DNA of 64,000 nt, from sequence record NZ_CP031103.1; one strand, given 5' to 3'. Below, in pieces: positions 1 to 10,975 of the stretch (positions are counted from its first letter, which is position 1; each line of letters opens with the position of its first letter). The stretch comes from a plasmid. The position numbers and the translations under genes are program-made. The notes beneath the pieces are model-generated. The model worked only from the letters and a program-made list of their open reading frames with translations, had not been told where the DNA came from and did not search any database.

Positions 1-37
1 ATCGGGCTCTCTTCAGCTCCCGGCGAACATCGCCGAC

Positions 38-241
38 GTGGAAGCCGTATGTGGAGGTTCAGATATCTTGTCCGCGTGGATCATTTATCAGTTTGCGATC
101 CCAGACAGCCTCCAGGGCGAAATAGCCAGAATCCGTCGCCTGTTCGTGGCCGCCATGAAGGAGATTAAATACACCCCAGCGACTCAACTGACAGAACTGG
201 CCCGCACGACCGCCAGCGACTCCTTACCGGTGGAGTGCTAA
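38..241 (+). CDS. small protein upstream of and co-directional with c1-like gene; possible Coi-like C1 inactivator (67 aa)
   Basis: Position and size match P1 coi upstream of c1; no strong motif recognised. Confidence 0.3.
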   Translation: MEAVCGGSDILSAWIIYQFAIPDSLQGEIARIRRLFVAAMKEIKYTPATQLTELARTTASDSLPVEC

Positions 242-607
242 GCCGGGTTCCTGTAGATATAGCCATCCAGGCCGCAGTGTGATTAATCTTAATTTCCCTC
301 CCTCTCGACTTCCTAACGGATACTCCTTATCGACTTGCTGTACGCATATGTAGCATAACTCTTTGCATCCTTGCACTGCACGCATTCAATACTCAACTAC
401 ACTTCACCATAGCTGGCGCCATTCTCTGGCTATTCCTGGTGCTCTTTGCGGCTAACAGAGACGTTAAACGCCGCTAAACCGTATCGACGCCAGTTCCTCC
501 CAAGTTCTGGCGTAAAGCCTTGATTCACTTCCTAAGCTATTTTAAACGGTCCTTTTGTGAGCTAATATGACCCGGCGTATTGATCCGGTACCCCCCCGTA
601 TTAAGGT

Positions 608-640
608 CGCATTTATCTGTATCAGGCTCGCATTTATCTG
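608..640. promoter_or_regulatory. two direct copies of tcgcatttatctg, 20 bp apart, about 30 bp upstream of c1-like start; candidate repressor operator/promoter region
   Basis: Exact 13-bp direct repeat seen in sequence at 608-620 and 628-640. Confidence 0.35.
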
Positions 641-670
641 AAGTTACATTAGGCAAAGGTAAAACCAACC

Positions 671-1474
671 ATGGCCATCGACATCGCTCGGTACGAAAAG
701 TTTTTGAACGTTCGAAATACCGCTATAAAGATCATCGAGAGCTTTTCGGTCCATCATGAAATAAAAGAAGAGAATATCCCGCTGGAAGAGCGGACCGACC
801 CGGAGTCACAGGAGGCCCCGGCTGCTGTCGTTAAACACCGTCACGTTGCGGTGCTGTCTGACAGTGACATCATTCTGGACCTGCAGCGCCTGACGCAGGA
901 GTGGGAAAACCGCGCACGCGACCTCACCCTCGCCGACCCGGTACGCTTCCCCAGCAATGCTTTTGTGCTGGCGCCGGTACCGCAGGTGATCCATGGCGTG
1001 CGCTCGATGTCCATTGCCGTCGGCAGCGCCACCACCAGCAAAAAGTACACCAAAGCGAGCATTCTGGGCCGCTATGACCGCGCTATTCGTCACGCGCGCC
1101 AGGGCGTGGATGTGAGCCACGACAGCACGCTGCTGCGCCAGCTCGTGCGTGAACGTGAAATGCTGGCCGGTGACAGTGAGACTCACTACCGGATCCGCAA
1201 TACCTGCAGCACGGAAACAATCTGTACTCTGACGTTCACGGATGGAACCAGCAATAAGGTACGGGTACCACGCGTAGGGATCGCGTTCGCCGCCCCAAAC
1301 AGCAGCATCGAGATCCGCACGCCGCGCGTCATGGCGCCGCGTTCAGACCGTCTCGAGCATCTGGGTGTGGTACCGCTGGATTGCTCCCTGTCCGGGCTCG
1401 CCGGGCTGGTCTACAAGGAAAGTGAGATTCTGAAGGCCCGCGCCCAATATCAGGCCCGTCAGAAGCAAAAATAA
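671..1474 (+). CDS. c1: P1 C1-like phage repressor (267 aa)
   Basis: Convergent with pacB as in P1 immC; local resemblance (VLAPVPQVIHGVRS region) to P1 C1 as recalled; size similar to P1 C1 (283 aa). Confidence 0.45.
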   Translation: MAIDIARYEKFLNVRNTAIKIIESFSVHHEIKEENIPLEERTDPESQEAPAAVVKHRHVAVLSDSDIILDLQRLTQEWENRARDLTLADPVRFPSNAFVLAPVPQVIHGVRSMSIAVGSATTSKKYTKASILGRYDRAIRHARQGVDVSHDSTLLRQLVREREMLAGDSETHYRIRNTCSTETICTLTFTDGTSNKVRVPRVGIAFAAPNSSIEIRTPRVMAPRSDRLEHLGVVPLDCSLSGLAGLVYKESEILKARAQYQARQKQK

Positions 1475-1517
1475 GTGTTGTCTCTGCACCCCGCCGCACC
1501 CTTCCCCAGGCGGGGCA

Positions 1518-3022
1518 TCAGACATCTTCCGCAACCAGATCCTTCGCCCATCCCGCCACCGATTCACGCTCTTTGACCATATCGCGGGTAATAACCATTT
1601 CAGCCGGAACATAATCAACCATGAAGCTGAAGCAATAGGTATCCCAGCGATCGGGAGACGGCAGGCCCATTTCCTTACGCATTGTCTCTTTGGGCATCAT
1701 GCACCAGAGCCCCAGCTCGTTCAGCTTGCACGGCAAACGTGAGGCCTGGTCGAGGGTCTTCTCGTGGCGATCGAGGCGCAGGCGGCCGGTTCGCACGGCA
1801 TCGCGCGTCATGATGTTGGCGTAGGCGCGTTTATTGAGGAATCGTTTCTTGTCGTCCTGGGAGAAGCACGGCTGACCCCAGCGTATGCGCTGCACCCGCC
1901 GCCCGGCCTCCTCCAGAATCGTCGCTGTATCGGCCCCTACGCCGTCGCCGTCAAAGGCATAGGAAAGGTTAGGGTACTGGTCTGGCGTGTACTCAGCGGC
2001 CAGCAGACGGCCGAAGTTGACCGGATCGATAGTACCCGGCCATTCCCTCACGGACACCGGCACCACGCGGCGCTCGTAGCGATCGCCGCTGACGCGCACC
2101 AGGGTGGCCACGGAGCTGTCGCGGCCGTTGCCGACGTCGGCCAGCAGCAGCCAGCCCCAGCCCTTGGCCAGCTTCGGTGTGGATTTGGTGGCGCGTTCGC
2201 ACTCGTCGCGTGACAGCAGGTTAGCGGCGCTGGTGCGCGGGAACTCGCCCCGGACCTTAATCATGTATTCCGGCGCGTCACGGGACCCGCCGTATTCGCG
2301 GATCTTGGTACGGATAAACGCCGTGGTAACCAGCGGCGACTGCTCGGAGTTGAGCTTGATCGCCGTGTAGCCTTCCTTGTCGCCCGGGTGACGCTTGGCC
2401 AGCTTGTAGTGACAATCGTAGAAGTAGCCGCTTGGACGCGTTGGCTGGCTCAGCAGCAGGATGCGGTTGTCTTCCTCGGTCAGAGCGCCGGTCATTACCC
2501 CGAAGGCCTTATCCGAGACACCAGAGGCCTCATCGACGATGTAGAAGAGGTGTTTGGCGTGCTCACCGGCGAGGGATTCTTCGTTACCGATACGGCAACC
2601 CTTCGGGCTGACGAACCATACGCCCTTACTGGAGCGTTCGAAGAAGGTCGTTTCCGTCAGCACGAAATACTGCTCCACCCACGGGTGACGGCGGCAGAGC
2701 TCACGGTAGTTGATTTTGAGGTACTTCCAGACGACCTGCTGTACCTGGCCGATTTTGTTGGCTACCACCACCACACGGGCGCCGGGAAAGCACAGCATGT
2801 AGATAAGGATCATGATACTGGTCATGTCCGACTTACCGGTACCGTGGCCGGAAGAGACGGCCGTCTTGGCGCCGGTTTCCTGCGTGGAGTTGAGGATCAG
2901 CTCCTGCTGCCAGGTGGGGTGTTTACCGAACACTCCACCGCGGCCGTCGTCCAGTCATAACGGTACCGGCGCACCAGGTCACGGTAGCGCGGGTCGCGGG
3001 TAATGGAGCGTATCTTGGCCAT
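1518..3022 (-). CDS. pacB: terminase large subunit PacB-like; ATG at 3022 overlaps pacA stop (TAATG) but the reading frame is interrupted about 2900-2960, the long ORF resuming at 2933
   Basis: Terminase ATPase-like glycine-rich SSGHGTGKS motif and downstream acidic motifs; ATG at 3022 frame stops at 2903, the 471-aa ORF is in the -1 frame; total length about 500 codons, close to P1 PacB. Confidence 0.7.
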
Positions 3023-4465
3023 TACCAGGTTTCCTCTGGCTCAGCGTTCGGGTCGTCGTCTTCGTCGTCCGGAAGGGCGTCATCCGGTGTCCATGCGTCC
3101 ACGACATCCCCCACCAGCACGCCCTCGCCGTCTGCACCGTCGGTACCGGTGAAGTCGTCCTCCTGCAGGAGCTCGCCGGCCTGGTGTGCGGCCTCGTTGG
3201 CGATGATGCCGGTAATCTCTTCATTACGGGCCAGAAGCCACTCTTCGCGCACCCGCTGCTGCTCGCGGTAGGCGCGGGACTCTGCCTCGAGCTCCTCGTC
3301 AGTGACACCGCCTTCCTTATGGGCGGTAGGCTCTATCCAGCTCACCTCTTTGAGCATTTCCGCGTGCAGCGATGGCGGGTACTCGAGGTGCTCCAGGTCG
3401 AACAGGCGCGCCGTCTCCAGGGCTGACAGCTCATTGTCCACCCGGTGTTTCATGATGGCCCGGGTATGCTCGATACGTTCGGCCAGCGGCATCGGGTGCC
3501 GGTTCCACTCGGCCAGTGCCTGCTTGCGGGCATCGAGCGCTTGTTTCTGCCGGTCGAGCTCGAACTTCATCAGCCCCAGCTTGTGGCGGGCGATCGCCGA
3601 CTCCAGCTCGGTCATGCGCTGGCTGGTACCGAAGATAGCCTGCGCCTCAACCTGGTCGCGCGGCATCGGCTGGCCTTCCTCATCCACCCACGGCGAGCTG
3701 TCGTAGTCCTCGGCTATCTTCTTGAGGATCTGGTTCTGCTTGCGGTACATGGTCATGTACCGGCCCTGGGCTAAAACGAGGTCGCGGTTATCCAGCCCGG
3801 TGGCCAGCGCCAGCTCCACGATGTCGTCGTCCATTTCCAGCAGCGAACAGTAACCGCCGAAATCCATGTTATGGGTGCCGCCCACCTCGCCGTATAACGC
3901 GGGCAACGCGGCATCATTTGGGCGCGTCGGTGAATGATCCCGGAAATTCTGATCACGCGTGCTGGCCGGGTGATCAGCGTGTGTGTCGCCCCCCGCTTTT
4001 TTGCCCTTACCTCCCCCCGGACGCCTTGCCGGGTGCGGGCTCCCGCTTTCCCCGCCCCTTATTGTGATCAGCCTGATTGTGATCAGAATTTTGATCACCA
4101 CCGTTTTGATCACTGTTTTGATCACTGTTTTGATCACGTTTTCGGGCGGCCCGCTGGTCGGCGGACATCTGGCGGACTTCCGCGCGCAGCACCTTGCCGA
4201 CCTTCAGGACAGGGGCCGGTTCGTCGGGGGTTTTCGGGGGCTTCTTGCTCTTGCTGGCGGGTTTCTTACCGGCGGGCTGGTTGGCCTGCGCCACGTTGAT
4301 AGCGGGCTTCATTTCACGACGGACGGTATTCGGGTTAAGACCGTTAGCCTCGGCATATTGCGCGAGCGTCAGCGTGCTGGCGTACTGCTCCAGGTAGTTA
4401 GCTATGTGATACTGCCAGTCCGTCTTTGCCACGCCCGCGCCTCTGTTATGCCCGCTTAAAAACAT
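3022..4465 (-). CDS. pacA: terminase small subunit PacA-like containing the pac site; split into two overlapping ORFs (4465-4007 and 4137-3022), i.e. frameshift within or next to the repeat tract
   Basis: N-terminal HTH-like region, internal TGATCA repeat tract typical of P1 pac located inside pacA; 1444 nt span is not a multiple of 3. Confidence 0.6.
4061..4137. repeat. P1-type pac site: 2x ATTGTGATCAG plus 4x TTTTGATCAC (three as a perfect 12-bp tandem), six Dam GATC sites in 77 bp
   Basis: Seen in sequence; P1 pac consists of clustered TGATCA(G) hexamers whose Dam methylation controls cleavage. Confidence 0.7.
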
Positions 4466-4767
4466 CCTAACGATTTTTCCTATCTATTAATCTGTAAACC
4501 AGAAACAAAAACAGGCACCGGTTCGGTCGCATATGAAGCGTACAATCGCCCCGTATTAATACCACAAAATCCCTGTTTGCTTTTTTTGCCCATTTTTAGC
4601 CATTTTATGGAATTTCAGTACCTTAAAATGTGGTGGCGACGTGAAGAGCTCCGCGACGCGAATTATTATTCAGTTTTTTTAGAGGAAAATAGGTTCTTTT
4701 GAGAGCCACTTACGGCTATCATGTCGTCTGGCTTATCAGCCTCATCTGACATCAAGGAGCAAAGAAG

Positions 4768-5720
4768 ATGAACGTTAAAAAAATTAAAGCAGCGGCAGAA
4801 CATCCTAACCCGGAATAGCCATTTATTGCGCTGGTAGCACTAGACGACGGCAGCGGCAACATCGCCTGTTCGTTCCATGACGCTGAAGGTGCCCTGTATG
4901 AAACCCACCAGCCCTCACTGATCGAGCAAGATGCCTCCGCCGGGTTCGGTTCCTCTCACATGAGCAACAGCGTCTGGGAAACCGCTTTACCGTGCGTCGT
5001 AACCCTACCAAACCACTGACTACCCTAGATCCGGCCTACCAACTCCGTTCTGGCCGTTGATACGATGTCTAAAGCGAATCTGGCGGTGTAGCGTGCGTGG
5101 TTGGCTGCACCCTGCCGGTGGAACAGTTCTATAACCGCGGCGACGCCTCGCAGCCGGTTAACCTGACCCGTATTCAGGCCAAAAAAGACAACCTCATGGG
5201 CGGCTGCACCAACGCGTACGGCGCGTATGAGCCCCCGGTCATCATGTCCGTTACCGTCTACCCGGAAGCCCTGCCAGCCTATTACTACTGCGCCACCCGT
5301 GAGGAAGGTAACCAGTCCTACCCGGAAGAGCATAAGACGCTGGTCGTTGACCTGGGCGAGTTTACCGCCGATTACGCCATCATCAGCACCGGCGACGAGA
5401 TCGTGGACTTCAGCACCCATGAACACGGCATTCACCTGATGGTTAGCCACTTCCGCACCCTGCTGGCGCGTGAACGTCACATTGAAGACGTGCAGTCGAT
5501 GCCAGACTCGGACGTGAAGGCCGTGATCAGCCGTGGTTACATCGGTTCCTCACTGGAAACCCCGCAGGCTATTGCCGCCCGTATCGACGTTTCTGATCTG
5601 GTTACAGAGGCTGCTGAATACCTTAACAACATGCTACAGGCCGATACCGCTGGTAAGGGCCTGCTGGTTACGCAGTGCGTAGCGGGCGGGATGTTGCTTA
5701 AAGAGTGTGGCGTACTGGAT
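4768..5720 (+). pseudogene. actin-like segregation ATPase (ParM/StbA/Alp superfamily), 5' portion; in-frame TAG at 4816-4818, frame changes between about 5028 and 5097, and truncated at 5720 by transposon insertion
   Basis: Phosphate-1 motif IALVALDDGSGNI (about 4830-4870) and phosphate-2 motif LVVDLGEFTADYAII (about 5340) at ParM-like spacing; gene continues at 21136 after the 15.4-kb insertion. Confidence 0.5.
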
Positions 5721-5741
5721 GGGCTCCGCTTGGAATTCGGA

Positions 5742-7067
5742 ATCTATGGTCACTCCCGTTTTTGCAACACCGATTTTGACGACAAGTTGGCTTGCTTGAA
5801 TCTATCCGGCGTCTGAATGGGATTTTATTCCCGCGCCTTGATGAGTTCCGCGCCTGATGAACCTCCAGAAAATATACGGCTTCAATGAGCCTTTCCGTTT
5901 TACAGGTTCCTCAACAGGCCGGTGGGCCGTTAGTATCATCAATATCAGTATTCGCAAAACCAGATCAGTAATTCTTTAAACCGGTGTATTTCTGCCGTTA
6001 TGCTACATAAGTTTGCTGTCGTGCCGTTAGGGCCCAGGCTATTCTGGCCAGCTTGTTTGCCAGAGCACAAGTGACGACAAAGTTGCTTTTCCGGCACAGT
6101 AAATCCCTGACCCAATCGGCCAATTTGCCAGACTGGTGTTCCAGTTTTTGTATGAATACCCTGGCACATTGAACCAACAAAGTTCGGATCTTTTTATTAC
6201 CTCGCTTACTAATTCCCAGCAATGTCGTCCTACCTCCCGTGCTGTACTGCCGAGGTACAAGCCCTGTTGCCGCCGCAAAGTCACGGCTGCTGGCGTACTG
6301 CTTCCCGTCGCCAATCTCAGTTGAAATAGTACTCGCTGTCAGTGTTCCGACGCAGGGAATGCTCAGCAAGCGCTGTCCAACCTCATCTTCGTCCAACTTT
6401 CGTTTCAACTGGGATTCCAAATCTTTAATCTGCTCAACAAGATAGTGATAATGCTGTTGTAATTTCAGCAATAACTGGCTGAGGTAAAGAGGCAAACTAT
6501 TATCCTCAAGAATGGTACTCAGTCGGCTAATAACGGCAGCTCCTCGGGAACGCTAATGCCAAATTCCAGCAGAAAAGCATGCATTTGATTGGTTGTTTTT
6601 ACCTTATCCTGAACCAGGGATTCACGGACACGATGCAGAGCCCGCATTGCCTGCTGAGATTCCGTTCTGGGCTGCACAAAACGCATAGACGGACGCGATG
6701 CAGCTTCACAAATAGCTTCGGCGTCGACAAAGTCGTTTTTATTGCTTTTAACGAACGGGCGGACAAATTGTGGTGATATCAGCTTTGGGGAATGCCCCAA
6801 CTCTTCCAACTTGCGTGCCATAAAGTGAGAACCGCCACAGGCTTCCATTGCGATGGTTGTAGCGGGCATGTCGCCAAAAATTCGATCAACTTTGGCCGGG
6901 TAAATTTTTTACGGTAAACAGCCTTCCCGCGACGATCCTGGCAATGAATATGGAAAGAGTTTTTACCCAGATCGATACCAATGAGCGCAATGTTTTCCAT
7001 GATAGTTCTCCGAATGAAAGCCTGTCCTCAGCATAGTACCGGGAAGGAGGGAGTGACCATCTCATTA
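5742..7067 (-). mobile_element. IS5075/IS4321-like (IS110 family, IS1111 group) copy 1 inserted in the tnpA-side IR; transposase split into 3 ORFs by two 1-bp C-homopolymer deletions relative to copies 2 and 3
   Basis: Near-identical to 19782-21109 and 56776-58103; CCCC to CCC differences at about 6860 and 6545. Confidence 0.85.
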
Positions 7068-7078
7068 AATATCCTACG

Positions 7079-10063
7079 CTAAGCCTGTTTTTTGTACAGG
7101 CTGCTATCCACTGAGCGTAATGTGCGGTATTTACCCTGCCCCAGCTTGAGGTTTGTTCGCCAGACGTAATCCCCGCTCAGATTTATGTGCTCCCATCCCA
7201 GTGGGGACAAATGCGCAATAAGTTGTTCATTTAGTGGGAGTCCTTTTCGCTTCAGAGAATCTATGGCTCTTTCCATATATACCGTATTCCACAGTGAGAT
7301 CGCCGCAGTCAGCAATGTCAGACCGCTGGCCCGGTAGCTTTGATTTTCCAGTCCCCGATCTCTGATTTCCCCCAGTCGGTGCATAAAGACAGCTCGCGCC
7401 AGGGCATTGCGGGCCTCACCTTTATTCAACCCTGCCTGTACCCGGCGGCGCAGTGAAGGATCCCGGAACCAGTCCAGCATAAATAATGACCTTTCGATGC
7501 GGCCAATCTCCCTCAGTGCCTTTGCCAGACCATTCTGTTTCGGGTAGCTGGCCAGCTTTTTCATCATCAGTGATGCCGTTACCGTTCCCTGCTTTATAGA
7601 ACTTGCCAGACGCAGTACCTCATGCCAGTGGGTTTCAATTTCCTTCAGACTCAGTCTGGTTGAGGATATGATTGACTGAAGCCCCGGATACAACTCAGCT
7701 TTCCCATGAATAAACAAGCGCTTGTCATGAAGATCCCGGATCCTTGGCGCAAAAGCGAATCCAAGCAGATGCATTAGCGCGAATACATGCTCAGTGAAGC
7801 CTGCTGTGTCGGTGTAATGCTCTGTAATTTCGAGATCGGTTTCGTGGTACAGCAGGCCATCAAGCACGTGTGTTGAGTCCCGCACGCGGCTGATTACTTT
7901 GATGTAAAACGGGCTGTATTGGTCCGAAATATGCGTATAAATCTGCACCCCTGGCTCCTGGCCGTATTTCAGATTGACCTGACCCGCATAACGCCCATGA
8001 CTCCCTACCCGAAAGTTCTGTCCGTCAGATGATGACGTTGTTCCATCGCCCCAGAATGCCGACAGAGGTCGCTTTTTCTGAGCATTGACCAACTCGGCCA
8101 GCGCGGCTGAATAAGTTTCATCCCTGATGTACCAGGCCTGAATGCCCTCAAGTGACGATTTTGTTGTTCCCGGACAGGATTCGGCCATTTTTGTCAGCCC
8201 AAGGTTGATGCCATCGGTCAGGATGGTGGTCAGTAACAACTTTCTGTCTTTAGGTCTGACGTGATTATTTTTGAGGTGGGTGAAATGGCGGGTAAAACCC
8301 GTCCAGCTATCCACTTCATCCAGCATTTCAGTAATTTTAGGATGAGGCAGCATGCCATACACCAGATCACCAAAAGGGGTTGCTGCTGAAGGGACACTGT
8401 TATCCAGCGGGGTAATTTTGACGCCTTTATCCGATATATCAACATCGGGCAAATCACCGGCCAGCGCCATCGCATTCACTTCCTCCAGGTGCGAAGCCAG
8501 AAGCGTCATACGGCTCCCAATGTATTCATGGCAATCGGTTGGAATAGCGAGGGGTAACTGGTTATCCCGGAGTGATTTTTCAAAATCGCCAGGCGGGATC
8601 AAATAATCATCGAAATTCCTGTAGCGACGAGATCCTTTCACCCAGATGTCACCTGAACGTAAAGCTCCCTTCAGCTCATTCAGCACACAAAATTCGTAAT
8701 ATTTTCGGTCAATGCCGTTGGACGTGATCACCACCTTTCTCCAGCTTTCCGGGATAAACCCGGTTGGCGCAGAAGACGGTACTTTTCGGAGTTGCTTTCG
8801 ATACATCTCTCTGACGGTATCCAGCGCATAACTAAGCTGCATTGCGGCGGGGGCAGCACTGAACTGCAACGCGGACAGCATCCGGGGAGCGTATTTGCGC
8901 AGCGTGCTGTATTTGTCTGTGATCAGATGCAACGGGTCGAAGTTGTCCTTACGTGACAGGAACCGTGTCTCTTCAACGCTGTTGATGAATTCCTGCCAGG
9001 GAAGGACGTCTTCTATTGCGGCCCAGGGATCTTCGCCAGATTCTCTGGCGTTAAGTAATGCCTGTCCGACGGTAACGTATTGCTTCAGCTTACTCTGAAT
9101 CAGTTTTCCCGTTTGCTGGAGTCGTTCGGCCTGCGTGCGTTTTGCCCTGCTGAACAGACTGCCCAAAATACGCTCATGCAGATCAATAACTTCGTCAGTC
9201 AGCGTGGCCCTGGCTTCCGATACGATACAAACCAGAGAGGCATAGCGGCGAACATCCGTGAATTTTGCCAAATCCCGGCTACTCATTTTCCTGCCTTCGC
9301 GTGCGAGTTTCAGGAGGCGGTTCTGGTGAACGGAAAGCGCAATACCGTCAGGCAATGCCAGTGACTCTATAGCATTTAACCGGTCGATATGTTGCAGGAC
9401 ATTTTTGCCATTAATTTTTCCCGGAGACTGAAGTAGCCAGGCCAGCCGTGAAGGTTGTTCGCCCTCAGAGATCAGCAGGCGATCCAGCGCAGCTTTTTGC
9501 CCCGGTTCAAGCTGTGCGGTCAGCGCAGAAAAAACCGCCCTGTCGGCAAGCGTAGTTGCTTCGGCAAGGGTTCGTTCGATGACCTCAACAGAGGGAAAAA
9601 TCACCTTATTATTGTGGAGCCATGAGAGCATTTCCTCTGCAAGTAGAAAACCTCTGTCTGTCCGCATGGCGTGGGGGTAAAGGTGGCGTATGCAGCTTTT
9701 TTGCAGTGCCCGATTGAACGGGCATAATTCCAGGTAGCGATAAAGTTCTGCCAGGTGTTCCCAACGGGTGACCTCTCTTGATGCATACTCGGTCCACAAA
9801 TCAGACTGAAGTTTCAAATGCATCGCCAGTCTGGAGACAACGCCATCGTGAGGTGAAATACTTTTGTCAGGGGGAAATCCCGGTCCCCGCAAGTAGCAGA
9901 GTAAAACAGCAAAGCCGAGGCGATTCGCTGGCCTGCGGTGTTTATTAATAAGCGCGAGGTCATGTTCACTCAAAAAACACATGCGGGTCAGAAGAACATC
10001 ATCATCCGGCACAACCAACAAGCGTTCTTTTTCTTCACTGCTGAGTATTTGTCTCCGTGGCAT
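7079..10063 (-). CDS. tnpA: Tn3-family transposase TnpA (about 994 aa; start at MPRRQILSS)
   Basis: Homology to second tnpA at 53792-56764 and Tn3-family conserved C-terminal region; stop codon lies within terminal IR. Confidence 0.9.
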   Translation of the reverse strand: MPRRQILSSEEKERLLVVPDDDVLLTRMCFLSEHDLALINKHRRPANRLGFAVLLCYLRGPGFPPDKSISPHDGVVSRLAMHLKLQSDLWTEYASREVTRWEHLAELYRYLELCPFNRALQKSCIRHLYPHAMRTDRGFLLAEEMLSWLHNNKVIFPSVEVIERTLAEATTLADRAVFSALTAQLEPGQKAALDRLLISEGEQPSRLAWLLQSPGKINGKNVLQHIDRLNAIESLALPDGIALSVHQNRLLKLAREGRKMSSRDLAKFTDVRRYASLVCIVSEARATLTDEVIDLHERILGSLFSRAKRTQAERLQQTGKLIQSKLKQYVTVGQALLNARESGEDPWAAIEDVLPWQEFINSVEETRFLSRKDNFDPLHLITDKYSTLRKYAPRMLSALQFSAAPAAMQLSYALDTVREMYRKQLRKVPSSAPTGFIPESWRKVVITSNGIDRKYYEFCVLNELKGALRSGDIWVKGSRRYRNFDDYLIPPGDFEKSLRDNQLPLAIPTDCHEYIGSRMTLLASHLEEVNAMALAGDLPDVDISDKGVKITPLDNSVPSAATPFGDLVYGMLPHPKITEMLDEVDSWTGFTRHFTHLKNNHVRPKDRKLLLTTILTDGINLGLTKMAESCPGTTKSSLEGIQAWYIRDETYSAALAELVNAQKKRPLSAFWGDGTTSSSDGQNFRVGSHGRYAGQVNLKYGQEPGVQIYTHISDQYSPFYIKVISRVRDSTHVLDGLLYHETDLEITEHYTDTAGFTEHVFALMHLLGFAFAPRIRDLHDKRLFIHGKAELYPGLQSIISSTRLSLKEIETHWHEVLRLASSIKQGTVTASLMMKKLASYPKQNGLAKALREIGRIERSLFMLDWFRDPSLRRRVQAGLNKGEARNALARAVFMHRLGEIRDRGLENQSYRASGLTLLTAAISLWNTVYMERAIDSLKRKGLPLNEQLIAHLSPLGWEHINLSGDYVWRTNLKLGQGKYRTLRSVDSSLYKKQA

Positions 10064-10221
10064 AAATGCTTCCTCTGCACATAGTTCATTAAAGTTATCA
10101 TTTGCACTGACCGAAACCGGTCGGTTTCGTACGCCTCGCAAACAATATGTCCGAAAGTCAGCGAAATTTGTTTCGTACATACGTTATAATTCGGACATCC
10201 ATTTCGTACGGAAAGTTTCCT
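10064..10221. promoter_or_regulatory. res site / divergent tnpA-tnpR promoter region with repeated TTTCGTAC(G) motifs
   Basis: Intergenic between divergent tnpA and serine resolvase; repeated tttcgtac motifs and palindromes seen. Confidence 0.5.
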
Positions 10222-10800
10222 ATGTCACGAGTTTTTGCTTACTGCCGGGTTTCGACTCTTGAGCAAACCACCGAGAATCAGCGAAGGGAAATTGAAGCGG
10301 CGGGTTTTGCCATCAGACCCCAGCGGCTGATTGAGGAACATATAAGTGGTTCGGTTGCTGCCAGCGAACGACCAGGGTTCATCCGGTTGCTTGATCGTAT
10401 GGAAAGCGGTGACGTATTGATTGTCACCAAACTTGACCGACTCGGCCGTAATGCGATGGATATCCGAAAAACAGTTGAACAACTGGCTACTTTAGATATC
10501 CGTGTTCATTGTCTCGCTCTCGGAGGTGTGGATTTAACCAGCCCGGCCGGAAAAATGACTATGCAGGTGATTTCAGCTGTGGCTGAGTTTGAGAGGGATC
10601 TGCTGATTGAACGCACACATTCAGGGATTTCTCGGGCAAGATCAGCCGGGAAACGCTTCGGTCGTCCGCCCATCCTGAGCGAGGAGCAAAAAAAAATAGT
10701 GTCAGAGCGCCTTAATTCCGGGGCCAGTATCAGTGCGGTTGCCAGAGAATTTAATACCACCCGGCAAACCATACTCCGGGTAAAAGCAGGACAGCAATAA
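10222..10800 (+). CDS. tnpR: serine recombinase / resolvase TnpR
   Basis: YCRVST catalytic serine motif near N-terminus, C-terminal HTH. Confidence 0.9.
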   Translation: MSRVFAYCRVSTLEQTTENQRREIEAAGFAIRPQRLIEEHISGSVAASERPGFIRLLDRMESGDVLIVTKLDRLGRNAMDIRKTVEQLATLDIRVHCLALGGVDLTSPAGKMTMQVISAVAEFERDLLIERTHSGISRARSAGKRFGRPPILSEEQKKIVSERLNSGASISAVAREFNTTRQTILRVKAGQQ

Positions 10801-10900
10801 TACTGAATGTGAATAAATCCCATAACTGGCCAGGCCGTTGAAACTGTTCTTGAAGTAAACATCCGGAAAGCATGAAACATCATTCTGTCCACAAGGAACA

Positions 10901-10950
10901 GTGGCTATTATAATCGAATTTCGATAACGAAATTCGATTATAATAGCCAC
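10901..10950. repeat. near-perfect 50-bp palindrome (23-bp arms gtggctattataatcgaatttcg, 4-bp spacer) 26 bp upstream of chrA
   Basis: Seen in sequence. Confidence 0.8.
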
Positions 10951-10975
10951 TAAAACCAGCAATCAGGATCTGACC

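Noticed and set aside
2937-3022. Possibility that pacB simply starts at GTG 2933 with an 86-bp gap after pacA
   Set aside because: The ATG at 3022 overlapping the pacA stop (TAATG) gives a product of about 500 codons matching PacB size. A frameshift or sequencing error is more parsimonious, but the alternative cannot be excluded.
5025-5480. 151-aa minus-strand ORF
   Set aside because: Antisense to the actin-like ATPase fragment carrying recognisable motifs on the plus strand.
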